Positions 12,356 through 22,156 are shown, counted from the first letter of the stretch. The stretch: DNA of 41,739 bases from Bacteroidales bacterium (GCA_003567205.1 PXAA01000066.1:1-41739), one strand, 5' to 3'. Program-made: numbers and translations. The notes: generated by a model not told the origin, from the sequence alone.

Positions 12356-15307
12356 ATGAATATACAATCGACGGCATTCCCTTTTGCTGAACTAGATAAA
12401 AAACTGGAGGGCGACCTTCACCATAATCTAAGCTGGAGGCTTTTATATGCAACGGACGCTTCGGTATTCAAGGAAATGCCTGCGGCTGTCTGCCGCCCTG
12501 CACATGCCGAAGACCTGAAAAAAATCCTGGCATTTTGCAGTAAATATCAGCTGCCGATCATCCCCCGGACAGCAGGAACTTCGCTGGCAGGCCAGGTTGT
12601 CGGGCATGGCATGGTGGTGGATTTCTCGCGTCACATGAATCAAATCCTGGAGCTGAACACCGATGAAAAATGGGTTAGGGTTCAGCCAGGGGTGATCCTG
12701 GATGATTTAAACCGGTTTCTGGCACCACACGGGCTATTCTTCGGACCAGAAACATCTACAAGCAATCGATGTATGATTGGTGGAATGGTTGCCAACAACG
12801 CCTGCGGGGCACATTCACTCATATACGGAAGCACCCGCGATCATACACTGGAAATCAGCGCGATGCTTTCTGACGGCAACACAGTCACATTCGGGCCCCT
12901 GAACCAGGAAACATTCAGGAAAAAATGTGTGGGGAGTACGCTGGAAAACAGAATCTACAGCCAACTGTTTGAAATGCTCTCCAAAAAAGAAAACCAAGAA
13001 GACATCAAAGCCAATTATCCTGATCCATCAATTAAAAGGCGAAATACGGGGTATGCCCTTGATCTGCTTTTGAATACCACTCCGTTTGGCGGTGACGAAA
13101 CATTTAATATGTGCAAAATCCTGTGCGGTGCTGAAGGCACCCTTGCCATGTACACGGAAATTAAACTGAACCTGGTTCCACTGCCACCACCCGAAAAAGC
13201 ATTGGTATGTGTTCATGTGAAAGATATTAACGAAGCTGTGCAGGCCAACCTGGTGGCCCTGCAATATGGTCCGGTTGCTGTGGAACTGGTCGACAAGAAC
13301 ATTCTTGATTGCACCAAAGCGAATATTCAGCAGGCAAAAAACCGTTTTTTCATTAAAGGGGACCCCGGGGCCATCATGGTGGTGGAATTTGCCTTTGAAA
13401 AACGGGATGAAGCCATCGGCAGGGTAGAGAAAATGAAAACCCATTTGCGAAAAAAAGGTCTTGGTTATCATTATCCGGTACTTTTCGATAATGACATTGA
13501 TAAGGTTTGGGCCTTACGGAAAGCAGGCCTGGGATTGCTGTCAAATATGCCCGGCGATTCCAAGGCAGTAGCCGTTATTGAAGATACGGCCGTTAAAACA
13601 GAGGCTTTGCCTGATTATATCAGGGAGGTGCAAACACTGCTGGATAAACTTCAGCTGCAACGCGTCTTTTTTGCCCATATCGGTACCGGAGAGCTGCACA
13701 TACGTCCGATAGTGAATCTGAAAAACCGTACCGATGTGGAACGTTTTTACCAGGCAGCAGAAGGAATGGCCAGACTTGTAAAAAAACATGGCGGTTCCTT
13801 AAGTGGTGAACATGGAGACGGAAGGTTGCGCGGCGCATTCATTCCCCTGGTTTTGGGCGAGGAATGCGCAGCCTTGCTCAAAACCGTAAAAATCACCTGG
13901 GACCCTCAGCACTTACTGAATCCGGGCAAAATCACAGACTGCCCGCCAATAATCGATTCACTGCGCTATAAGCCCGGACAGAGAGAAAAAAAGCTAAAAA
14001 CATACTTTAACTATGACAAAACCCTGGGCTTTCTGAGGGCCGTTGAACAGTGCAATGGCTCGGGTGATTGCCGAAAACCCCTGGCCGCAGGTGGTGTTAT
14101 GTGCCCTTCTTACCAGGCCACCCTGGATGAATTTGACAGTACCCGGGGCAGGGCCAACATCCTGAGGGAGTTTATCAGTTATTCGCCAAAGAAAAACCCA
14201 TTCGACCACCGCGAACTAATTGATGTATTGGATCTTTGCCTGTCATGCAAAGGTTGTAAGGCTGAGTGCCCATCCAATGTAGATATGGGAAAATATAAAG
14301 CCGAAGTGCTGCAACATTATTATGATGCACACGGGGCACCGCTTAGTGCCATGATTACAGGGGCTTATGCACGTTTTAATAAAATTGGGAGCATTGTGCC
14401 AGTGGTTTACAATGCATTTGCTCGTAGCAAAATCACGGCTCCGCTTATTAAAAAAATTATGGGCTTTGCCAAAGAAAGAAAGCTTCCGGTAATCCAGAAA
14501 CAAAGCCTGAGAAAATGGACAAAAAAACATCTTCCCAATCTGAATAAAAATGCCCTTACAGACAAGCGCGTCTTGCTTTTCTGTGATGAGTTTACAAACT
14601 ATAACGATACAGAGACGGGCATCCGGACCCTGGAATTGCTAAGCAAACTGGGATACCACACTGAAATTCCAAAGCACCGGGAAAGTTGCCGCACCTATTT
14701 ATCGAAAGGCCTTCTAAGGAAAGCAGCCTTCATTGCATCGGAAAATATTCGCCTGCTTGCACCACTTGTAAGCGAAAAAAGACCCCTGATCGGCATTGAA
14801 CCATCGGCCATACTGAGTTTTCGTGATGAGTATCCCGACCTGGTAAGCAGTGAATTAAGGCAGGAGGCAATTAATCTGGCCAAAAACTGCTATACTGTTG
14901 ATGAATTTATTGCCAAAGAATACGCCAACGGCCACATCGATGGGTCTGTTTTTGACACCAGGCACAGAAGAATCTATCTGCACGGCCACTGCCACCAAAA
15001 AGCCCTGTCATCGACAGATCATACAAAAATAATGCTGGCTATCCCGGAAAACAATATCATTCAGGAAATAGAATGCGGATGTTGTGGTATGGCAGGCGCT
15101 TTTGGTTTTGAAAAGGATCATTACAAGATCAGTATGAAGATTGGCGAACTGTCATTATTTCCCGCCATACGCAAAACAAATAAGGATGCTATTATTGTTG
15201 CGGCCGGGACCAGTTGCAGGCAACAGATCCTGGATGGCACAGGGCGAAAAGCCCTTCATCCGGCTGAGTTGCTCTACCAGTGCCTTAACGGGTCATCGAA
15301 TACATAA
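12356..15307 (+). CDS. FAD-binding (Fe-S) oxidoreductase, GlcD/YdiJ-type 2-hydroxyacid dehydrogenase-like
   Basis: YATDAS, PRTAGTSLAGQ, IGGMVANNACG, SGEHGDG, CNGSGDC, CLSCKGCKAECP, and CCG domain motifs HGHCHQ, CCGMAG, GTSCRQQ. Confidence 0.88.
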   Translation: MNIQSTAFPFAELDKKLEGDLHHNLSWRLLYATDASVFKEMPAAVCRPAHAEDLKKILAFCSKYQLPIIPRTAGTSLAGQVVGHGMVVDFSRHMNQILELNTDEKWVRVQPGVILDDLNRFLAPHGLFFGPETSTSNRCMIGGMVANNACGAHSLIYGSTRDHTLEISAMLSDGNTVTFGPLNQETFRKKCVGSTLENRIYSQLFEMLSKKENQEDIKANYPDPSIKRRNTGYALDLLLNTTPFGGDETFNMCKILCGAEGTLAMYTEIKLNLVPLPPPEKALVCVHVKDINEAVQANLVALQYGPVAVELVDKNILDCTKANIQQAKNRFFIKGDPGAIMVVEFAFEKRDEAIGRVEKMKTHLRKKGLGYHYPVLFDNDIDKVWALRKAGLGLLSNMPGDSKAVAVIEDTAVKTEALPDYIREVQTLLDKLQLQRVFFAHIGTGELHIRPIVNLKNRTDVERFYQAAEGMARLVKKHGGSLSGEHGDGRLRGAFIPLVLGEECAALLKTVKITWDPQHLLNPGKITDCPPIIDSLRYKPGQREKKLKTYFNYDKTLGFLRAVEQCNGSGDCRKPLAAGGVMCPSYQATLDEFDSTRGRANILREFISYSPKKNPFDHRELIDVLDLCLSCKGCKAECPSNVDMGKYKAEVLQHYYDAHGAPLSAMITGAYARFNKIGSIVPVVYNAFARSKITAPLIKKIMGFAKERKLPVIQKQSLRKWTKKHLPNLNKNALTDKRVLLFCDEFTNYNDTETGIRTLELLSKLGYHTEIPKHRESCRTYLSKGLLRKAAFIASENIRLLAPLVSEKRPLIGIEPSAILSFRDEYPDLVSSELRQEAINLAKNCYTVDEFIAKEYANGHIDGSVFDTRHRRIYLHGHCHQKALSSTDHTKIMLAIPENNIIQEIECGCCGMAGAFGFEKDHYKISMKIGELSLFPAIRKTNKDAIIVAAGTSCRQQILDGTGRKALHPAELLYQCLNGSSNT

Positions 15308-15337
15308 AAAAATGCTTGCCCGGGCGGGCAAGCATTT
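15306..15337. terminator. Intrinsic terminator between the convergent oxidoreductase and rpsA
   Basis: 12-bp inverted repeat AAATGCTTGCCC/GGGCAAGCATTT. The A-run at 15306-15312 gives a U-tract on the rpsA strand. Confidence 0.85.
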
Positions 15338-15360
15338 ACAGATATCCTTGAAAAAAAGAA

Positions 15361-17721
15361 TTATTTATCCTCCTTGTCCTTGGGAGTCTCTTTTTTGGCT
15401 TTGGTTTCCTTCTTCTCTTTAGCCGTTGCCTTTTCTTCCTTTTCTGCTTTGTCTTCTTTTTTCCTGGTAGTTTTGGCCTTGGGTTTTTCAGCAGGCTTCT
15501 TCTCCATCTCTTTGGGTTTTTCAGCAGGCTTTTCTTTTGCCTCCCTGGGCTTTTCAGAAAGTTTCTCTTCTACCGCCTTGGCCTCCAACTTTTTTATGGC
15601 TTCCTCTTTCTTGGCTGTACGGGCGGTTTTCTCCGTTTTTTCGATCTCAGACTTCAAATTGGCCAGTACATCAAGGTCACCAAGGGTGGTTTTCTCTAAT
15701 TTGTCCTTAACTTTCTTCACCGTTTTCTTGGTAGCTTTATCCCTGGATCTTCTATCTGCAGACTCTGAAGTCCTTTCAGCATACTTTTCATCCTGATAAA
15801 CCTTGGTATGTGAAACCACAATCTTTTTACTTTCTTTATTGAATTCAATCACTTTAAATTCAAGGGTTTCATCCATCTTGGCGGTGGTTCCGTCTTCTTT
15901 CACAATATGCCTTGTCGGTGCAAATCCCTCAACACCATAAGGCAGGGCTACGATTACACCTTTGTCTGAAGTACCTACAATGGTTCCCTGGTGCACTGAA
16001 TTAATGATAAACACAGACTCAAATACGTCCCATGGATTCTCTTCCAGTTGTTTATGACCAAGACTCAGGCGGCGATTTTCCTTATCAACGTCGAGCACAA
16101 CCACCTCAATGCTTTCACTGATCTTGGTAAATTCAGCGGGGTGTTTGATTTTTTTGCTCCACGAAAGGTCACTGATATGAATCAGGCCGTCAACACCTTC
16201 TTCCAGCTCCACGAAAATTCCAAAATTTGTGAAATTGCGAACAGTGGCCGTAGTTTTGGAACCCACAGCGTATTTCTCATGTATGTTTTCCCACGGATCC
16301 GGAATCAGTTGCTTGATACCCAATGACATTTTCCTTTCCTCACGGTCCAGCGTCAGGATAACTGCTTCCACTTCATCGCCCACCTTTAGAAAATCTTGTG
16401 CAGTGCGCAGGTGCTGTGACCAGGACATTTCAGAAACGTGAATCAGGCCTTCAACACCAGAAGCAATTTCAATAAATGCACCATAATCGGCAATGACAAC
16501 CACTTTTCCTTTCACCTTATCGCCTACTTTGAGTTCCGGATCCAGGGAGTCCCATGGATGCGGGGTCAGTTGCTTCAGGCCAAGGGCAATCCGTTTTTTG
16601 TTCTCATCAAAGTCGAGGATAACCACATTGATCTTTTCGTCCAGCTTTACGATTTCTTCCGGGTGGTTAATTCGTCCCCACGAAAGATCTGTGATATGGA
16701 CCAGCCCGTCAACGCCTCCAAGATCAATAAATACCCCATAAGAAGTTATATTTTTGACAGTACCTTCGAGAATCTGTCCTTTCTCCAGTTTGGCAATGAT
16801 CTCGGCTTTCTGGATCTCCAATTCTGCTTCTATCAGGGCTTTGTGTGAAACAACCACATTCTTGTACTCATGATTGATCTTCACCACTTTAAAGTCCATT
16901 GTCTTGCCCACGTAAATATCATAGTCACGGATGGGTTTCACATCAATCTGGGAGCCCGGCAAAAAGGCTTCAATGCCGAAAACATCAACGATCAAACCAC
17001 CTTTTGTACGGCATTTGACAAAGCCCTGGATAATCTCGTCGTTGTCTTTTGCCTGATTGATGCGCTCCCATGAACGCAAGGTGCGGGCTTTCTTATGCGA
17101 AAGCACCAATTGTCCGGTACTGTCCTCCTGGCTCTCCACATATACTTCAATTGCGTCACCAATTTTCAGGTCAGGATTGTAACGAAGTTCTGCTGCAGGT
17201 ATCACACCATCCGACTTAAACCCAATATTTACGACAATCTCACGGGTATTCATCGACACCACTGTTCCGTCAATGACTTCGCCTTCACCGATAGATTTCA
17301 GGGTTTCCTCATACAAGCCTTCCATGCGTTTGCGCTCCGATTCTGAGTACAACTCCTGTTTTTTGTCTATGGCATCCCAGTCGAATTCACCGGGAACCTG
17401 TTCCGGGAAAGTATGCACCGCCTTTTCCTTTGTCGGCATATCTTCACTGCCAATGGGTTTCTGTGGATCTTCAATCTGTACTTCTTTCGTATCGGCTTTT
17501 GAATCTTTGGCTTGTTCGGTTTTTGTAACAACCTTGGGGTCTTCTGCTGGTTTTGTTTCTTCAACAACCTTATCATCTTCAGGTTGTTCTGCATTTTCAG
17601 CAACTTTTGAATCTTCGGGTTGGCCCTTCTTGTCAACAGCTTTCGGATCTTCGGATTGTTCTTTACTTTTTTCAACCGGTTTTTCTTCCGGCGTACCGGA
17701 CGATTTTTGTTCTTCTGACAT
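15361..17721 (-). CDS. rpsA: 30S ribosomal protein bS1 with long N- and C-terminal extensions
   Basis: Six S1 domains (IGFKSDGVI, AFLPGSQID, GVDGLVHITDLSW, GVEGLIHVSEMSW, GVDGLIHISDLSW, GVEGFAP) and the TTLGDL tail motif. Confidence 0.97.
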   Translation of the reverse strand: MSEEQKSSGTPEEKPVEKSKEQSEDPKAVDKKGQPEDSKVAENAEQPEDDKVVEETKPAEDPKVVTKTEQAKDSKADTKEVQIEDPQKPIGSEDMPTKEKAVHTFPEQVPGEFDWDAIDKKQELYSESERKRMEGLYEETLKSIGEGEVIDGTVVSMNTREIVVNIGFKSDGVIPAAELRYNPDLKIGDAIEVYVESQEDSTGQLVLSHKKARTLRSWERINQAKDNDEIIQGFVKCRTKGGLIVDVFGIEAFLPGSQIDVKPIRDYDIYVGKTMDFKVVKINHEYKNVVVSHKALIEAELEIQKAEIIAKLEKGQILEGTVKNITSYGVFIDLGGVDGLVHITDLSWGRINHPEEIVKLDEKINVVILDFDENKKRIALGLKQLTPHPWDSLDPELKVGDKVKGKVVVIADYGAFIEIASGVEGLIHVSEMSWSQHLRTAQDFLKVGDEVEAVILTLDREERKMSLGIKQLIPDPWENIHEKYAVGSKTTATVRNFTNFGIFVELEEGVDGLIHISDLSWSKKIKHPAEFTKISESIEVVVLDVDKENRRLSLGHKQLEENPWDVFESVFIINSVHQGTIVGTSDKGVIVALPYGVEGFAPTRHIVKEDGTTAKMDETLEFKVIEFNKESKKIVVSHTKVYQDEKYAERTSESADRRSRDKATKKTVKKVKDKLEKTTLGDLDVLANLKSEIEKTEKTARTAKKEEAIKKLEAKAVEEKLSEKPREAKEKPAEKPKEMEKKPAEKPKAKTTRKKEDKAEKEEKATAKEKKETKAKKETPKDKEDK
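17455..17670 (-). repeat. Six degenerate 36-bp (12-aa) tandem repeats in the bS1 N-terminal extension
   Basis: KSKEQSEDPKAV/DKKGQPEDSKVA/ENAEQPEDDKVV/EETKPAEDPKVV/TKTEQAKDSKAD/TKEVQIEDPQKP. Asp recurs every 12 residues. Confidence 0.8.
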
Positions 17722-17830
17722 CAAATGTTCATTTCTACTGTGGTTCCCGGATGAAAACTAATGGTTTCTGGTTCAAAGCATCCGGGAAACCGGGTTAAAC
17801 AATAAATTAGCGGGCCCGCAAACGGGACTG

Positions 17831-17838
17831 CAAAAGTA
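17831..17838 (-). promoter_or_regulatory. -7 element (TACTTTTG) of rpsA
   Basis: TAnnTTTG followed by CAGTCC, about 110 nt upstream of the ATG. Confidence 0.7.
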
Positions 17839-17884
17839 GAAAAAAAACTGGAAACAGAAAACTATAAATCAGCATTTAATGCCA

Positions 17885-20341
17885 TCAGGTCTCAAAAACC
17901 AACAAAGGGCTTACTTTTTCATCGAGCATGCTAAGGTCAACCACCTCTATCATATCGGTAATGTATTCAAACTCCACACCTTTAAGATATATAGGGTTAA
18001 TTTCCTCTACATTCTTTTTATTCTCTTCCGAAAGTATGATTTTTTGTATGCCGGCACGCTTTGCAGCAAGGATTTTTTCCTTGATACCACCCACAGGCAA
18101 AACCTTGCCCCTCAAGGTAATCTCACCGGTCATGGCAACCCCTGGACGTATCTTTTGCTGTGTAAAGGCTGAAGCCAGGGCAGCAAACATGGTAATTCCT
18201 GCCGAAGGCCCGTCTTTTGGCGTAGCCCCCTCCGGAACATGCATGTGCACATTGTAGGTTTGAAATATTTTTGGATCTACATCCAGAAATTTTGCATGCG
18301 ATTTCAGGTATTCATAAGCCAGGGTGGCCGATTCTTTCATCACATCCCCCAGATTACCGGTCAGGCTGAGATTGCCTTTGCCCTTGCTGAGACTAACTTC
18401 CACAAACAACACCTCCCCGCCCGAATAAGTCCAGGCCAGACCGGTCATAACACCAGCCACGTCCTTCAAAACGGTTTGGTCGCGGGTATAGGTGGGTGCC
18501 CCAAGGATTTCTTTCAAGTCCTGTAACTGCAAGCCGGGTTGAACCTCATTGCCCAGAACAATATCACGAGCCCTTGATCTGATGATTTTGGCAATTATTT
18601 TTTCCAGGCTACGAACACCCGACTCACGTGTATAATCCTGTATGATTTTCTCCAGCACCTTTTTGCTGAACTTCAACTGGCCTTTTTTAACACCATGTGC
18701 ATCCAACTGCTTTGGAATCAAGTGCCTGCGTGCTATTTCCTGTTTTTCTTCAACAATGTAACCACTCAGGTCAATGACCTCCATGCGGTCGCGCAGGGCA
18801 GGTTGTATGCCTGCCAGGGTATTGGCAGTGGCAATGAACATAATATTCGACAAATCATATTCCACCCCCAGATAATTATCATAGAATGTATTGTTCTGTT
18901 CCGGGTCCAAAACTTCCAGAAGGGCTGAAGAAGGATCGCCGCTGAAGGTTTTGTAGCCCACCTTGTCCACTTCATCCAGCACAAAAACGGGGTTGGAAGA
19001 ACCGGCTTTTTTCAGGTTCTGGATGATGCGTCCCGGCATAGCACCAACATAGGTTTTGCGGTGTCCGCGAATTTCTGCTTCATCCCGAAGGCCACCAAGC
19101 GACATACGGATATATTTGCGACCGATGGCATGGGCAATGGATCTACCCAACGAGGTTTTACCAACACCCGGGGGACCCACAAAACATAATATAGGCGATT
19201 TCATATCGCCTTTCAGCTTCAGCACAGCCAGGTATTCAATGATGCGTTCTTTGATTTTCTCCAGCCCGTAGTGATCCCTGTCCAGGATACGTTGTGCCTT
19301 TTTGAGGTCAAAATTATCGGGGGTAAATTCGTTCCAGGGGAGTTCCACCATGGTTTCCAGGTAATGCATGTGCACCGTGTATTCCATGGCAGCAGGATTC
19401 ATGCGCTGCAACCGGGCAAGCTCTTTCTCAAACACATCCTGAACCTGTTGGCTCCATTTTTTCTCCTTTGCTTTTTCTTTCAGGTTATTGATCTGTTGTT
19501 CCTGCGGGTTGCCGCCCAACTCTTCCTGGATAGTCTTCAGCTGCTGTCCCAGTATGTAATCACGTTGTTGTTTGTCAATATCTACCTTTACTTTCGAATG
19601 GATCTGGTTTTTCAGTTCCACTACCTGCAGTTCACGCTTAAGGTGCCCCAGTACAACATTGGCACGGGTGAGCACATCCGGAATCTCCAGCAGTTTCTGC
19701 TTTTCCTGTACTTCAATGTTCAGGTTGGAGGAAATAAAGTTGACCAGAAAAACAGGGCTTTCAATATTTTTCAAGGCAAATGCCGCTTCGCTGGGCACAT
19801 TCGGAGAAAGTTTCACAATCTGAATGGCCATATCCTTGATTGTAGAAATCAACGCATTGAACTTATCATTACGTTTTGGTTTGTCGGCCGATTCAAATGT
19901 CTTTACCCTGGCCATGAAATAAGGTTCTGCCCGGGTCATTTCCTGGAGTTCAAATCGTTTCTTCCCCTGGATGATCACGGTGGTATTTCCGTCAGGCATC
20001 TGCAGAATCTTGATGATATTAGCAGCTGTACCAATACGGCTTAAATCATCAAAATCCGGATCCTCCGCTGCTGAATCCTTTTGTGATACCACCCCGATGA
20101 TGCGTGATTTTTTGTATACCTCGCGCACAAGCTTGATGGACTTGTCCCTGCTAACCGTGATGGGGATCACTACCCCGGGAAATAATACAGTGTTTTTTAA
20201 AGGGAGGATGGCCAGCTCTTCCGGAATATCCTCCCGGGCCATCTGCTGTTCTTCTTCTGTAGATAAAAGAGGTATAAATTCACTGTCGGCATCCACACCA
20301 TCTTGTGAAATAAAAAAATCCCTGTCAAATAAATTACCCAT
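17885..20341 (-). CDS. lon: ATP-dependent Lon protease
   Basis: LPLKNTVLFPG N-domain, GPPGVGKTS, DEAEIRGHRKTYVGAMPG, PKDGPSAG (catalytic Ser), GGIKEK (catalytic Lys). Confidence 0.98.
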   Translation of the reverse strand: MGNLFDRDFFISQDGVDADSEFIPLLSTEEEQQMAREDIPEELAILPLKNTVLFPGVVIPITVSRDKSIKLVREVYKKSRIIGVVSQKDSAAEDPDFDDLSRIGTAANIIKILQMPDGNTTVIIQGKKRFELQEMTRAEPYFMARVKTFESADKPKRNDKFNALISTIKDMAIQIVKLSPNVPSEAAFALKNIESPVFLVNFISSNLNIEVQEKQKLLEIPDVLTRANVVLGHLKRELQVVELKNQIHSKVKVDIDKQQRDYILGQQLKTIQEELGGNPQEQQINNLKEKAKEKKWSQQVQDVFEKELARLQRMNPAAMEYTVHMHYLETMVELPWNEFTPDNFDLKKAQRILDRDHYGLEKIKERIIEYLAVLKLKGDMKSPILCFVGPPGVGKTSLGRSIAHAIGRKYIRMSLGGLRDEAEIRGHRKTYVGAMPGRIIQNLKKAGSSNPVFVLDEVDKVGYKTFSGDPSSALLEVLDPEQNNTFYDNYLGVEYDLSNIMFIATANTLAGIQPALRDRMEVIDLSGYIVEEKQEIARRHLIPKQLDAHGVKKGQLKFSKKVLEKIIQDYTRESGVRSLEKIIAKIIRSRARDIVLGNEVQPGLQLQDLKEILGAPTYTRDQTVLKDVAGVMTGLAWTYSGGEVLFVEVSLSKGKGNLSLTGNLGDVMKESATLAYEYLKSHAKFLDVDPKIFQTYNVHMHVPEGATPKDGPSAGITMFAALASAFTQQKIRPGVAMTGEITLRGKVLPVGGIKEKILAAKRAGIQKIILSEENKKNVEEINPIYLKGVEFEYITDMIEVVDLSMLDEKVSPLLVFET

Positions 20342-20509
20342 ATGGTTTATTGCGTCAAATTGTCATTTATAGAAAAAACTGGCCAAAATGTCCCATGCAT
20401 GCCATCATATGCATCGCAGTAGATTATTCTTAAACTCCTTGTTATCAATTGTTCTTATTACAAAAGGGTTAATGTTTAAGAATCTGTTGGCACCACAGTC
20501 TAATTCACT

Positions 20510-20524
20510 ACAACCAACGTGCCA
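20510..20524 (-). promoter_or_regulatory. Putative sigma54 (-24/-12) promoter for lon
   Basis: The - strand reads TGGCACG-TTGG-TTGT, matching TGGCACG-N4-TTGC spacing with one mismatch. Confidence 0.5.
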
Positions 20525-20606
20525 CTTATGCTTTGTCAGCAAAAACAAAAAGGCACTTTGCACAAAGGCAAAGCACCTTACTGTATATTGCCATGCCATG
20601 CTCCCC

Positions 20607-21797
20607 TTATACTAGCTTGCGATAGCCCATGGTATGGTCAAATACGTATCGCAAAATATTCTCATCAACTTTGGTAAACGCTTTGTTTCTCCTTTCGTAC
20701 ACCTTTCTTGCGAGGGCCAGGGCCTTTTCCAGGTCTACCGTAGTGAAACCAGCCACACTCCCCCACGAAAATGAAGGGATGAAATTGCGCATGAACCCTG
20801 CACCAAGCACCTGGGCATTGATCCCGATAACAGTCCCTGTATTTAACATGGTGTTGATTCCGCATTTGGAATGGTCTCCCATGAAAGTGCCGCAAAATGT
20901 CAGGCCTGTAGTAACAAAACTTTTTTCCGCATAATCCCACAGCCTGACCTCATCATAATTGATCTTTAAGTTACTGGTGTTGGTATCCGCACCAAGATTG
21001 CACCATTCACCAACAACACTGTGCCCGAGGAAGCCATCATGTGCCTTATTCGAGTAGCCGAGAATCACGGAAGATTGCATTTCTCCACCCACTTTACAAA
21101 AAGGTCCTATGGAGGAACCGCCATATATTTTAGCGCCCATGCACACCGAACTTCCTTCACCAATACCAACAGGCCCCTTCAATACTGCACCATCCATGAT
21201 ATGGGCATTCTTCCCGATATATACGGGCCCTTCTGAGGCATTGATGGTGGCCAGGTCAATCTTTGCCCCGGCCTCAACAAAAACATTTTCCGGCGAAATA
21301 ACCCTGACATGCCCCGGCAACGACTGGCTCTTCCTGCCTTTGGTGACTAACCGGTAATCATCATTGATTTGTCTTTCATTCAATACCACAATATCCCACA
21401 GGCGATTCAGTTTGCTGATAGTACTCTGGGTGTGCATGGGTTCCAGATCTTCGAGTAAATCCTGATCCAGGTTATCAATATCCTCCTCCCTGACCCTGTG
21501 TGCGATAAGAATATCATCCGATATCAGGGTCTGATTGGGTGCCAGGCGGCCAATCTCTTTCAGCATAGTATCATCGGGTATAATGCTGCCATTGATCAGA
21601 ATATTATCTGATTCCTTGATCATGGGATATTTTTCAGCCAGGTATGGTTCGGTTAAACTGGATGTTTTTGCCTTTAAGCGGCTTTCCCACTTTTCCCGGA
21701 TGGTCATAATCCCCACACGTACGTCTGCAATCGGGCGCAGAAAAGTAAAAGGGAGTAAATGGTGTCGTGACTGGGCACCGAATAAAATATAATTCAT
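20607..21797 (-). CDS. Bacteroidota-type GlmU-family protein (NTP-transferase-like N-terminus plus hexapeptide repeats)
   Basis: LLPFTFLRPIADVRVGIMTIREKW, left-handed beta-helix repeats, SNKAHDGFLGHSVVGEWCNLGA. ATG 21797 preferred. Confidence 0.82.
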   Translation of the reverse strand: MNYILFGAQSRHHLLPFTFLRPIADVRVGIMTIREKWESRLKAKTSSLTEPYLAEKYPMIKESDNILINGSIIPDDTMLKEIGRLAPNQTLISDDILIAHRVREEDIDNLDQDLLEDLEPMHTQSTISKLNRLWDIVVLNERQINDDYRLVTKGRKSQSLPGHVRVISPENVFVEAGAKIDLATINASEGPVYIGKNAHIMDGAVLKGPVGIGEGSSVCMGAKIYGGSSIGPFCKVGGEMQSSVILGYSNKAHDGFLGHSVVGEWCNLGADTNTSNLKINYDEVRLWDYAEKSFVTTGLTFCGTFMGDHSKCGINTMLNTGTVIGINAQVLGAGFMRNFIPSFSWGSVAGFTTVDLEKALALARKVYERRNKAFTKVDENILRYVFDHTMGYRKLV

Positions 21798-21840
21798 GGT
21801 TTCGTGATTTATGGGCCGGTTAAACAGCATAAATATAAAC

Positions 21841-21868
21841 AAAAAAAGCCCTCATCAGAGGGCTTTTT
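21841..21868. terminator. Intrinsic terminator after rpmE2
   Basis: AAAAAAAGCCCTC-atca-GAGGGCTTTTT hairpin with flanking A/T tracts. Confidence 0.85.
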
Positions 21869-21892
21869 AAGAATTTTTTACACAAAAACTGA

Positions 21893-22156
21893 TTATTTGT
21901 CTTTCTTAAGGTGCTTCTGGTATTTGGTCCTGAATTTATCCACACGGCCGGCAGTATCCACAAGCTGTTGCTTACCGGTATAAAATGGATGGGACGTATG
22001 GGAAATCTCAAGTTTTACCAGTGGATATTCTTTTCCATCTTCCCATTTAATGGTTTCTTTGCTGGTAGCTGTGGACCTTGTGATAAAACTATAATCGTTC
22101 GACATGTCCTTGAAGACAACGTAACGATAGTTCTCTGGGTGGATGTCTTTCCTCAT
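21893..22156 (-). CDS. rpmE2: 50S ribosomal protein bL31 type B (no Zn-binding cysteines)
   Basis: [17 protein letters not shown]...[26 protein letters not shown]. No Cys. Confidence 0.95.
   Translation of the reverse strand: MRKDIHPENYRYVVFKDMSNDYSFITRSTATSKETIKWEDGKEYPLVKLEISHTSHPFYTGKQQLVDTAGRVDKFRTKYQKHLKKDK

Noticed and set aside
17455-17670. 36-bp periodicity as a CRISPR array
   Set aside because: The repeats are degenerate, in frame and coding, with no spacers and no cas genes.
19271-20044. 257-aa antisense ORF in lon, and similar shadows in the USP, ligA, rpsA, pcm and rho genes
   Set aside because: Fully overlap well-supported genes and have mirror-like composition.
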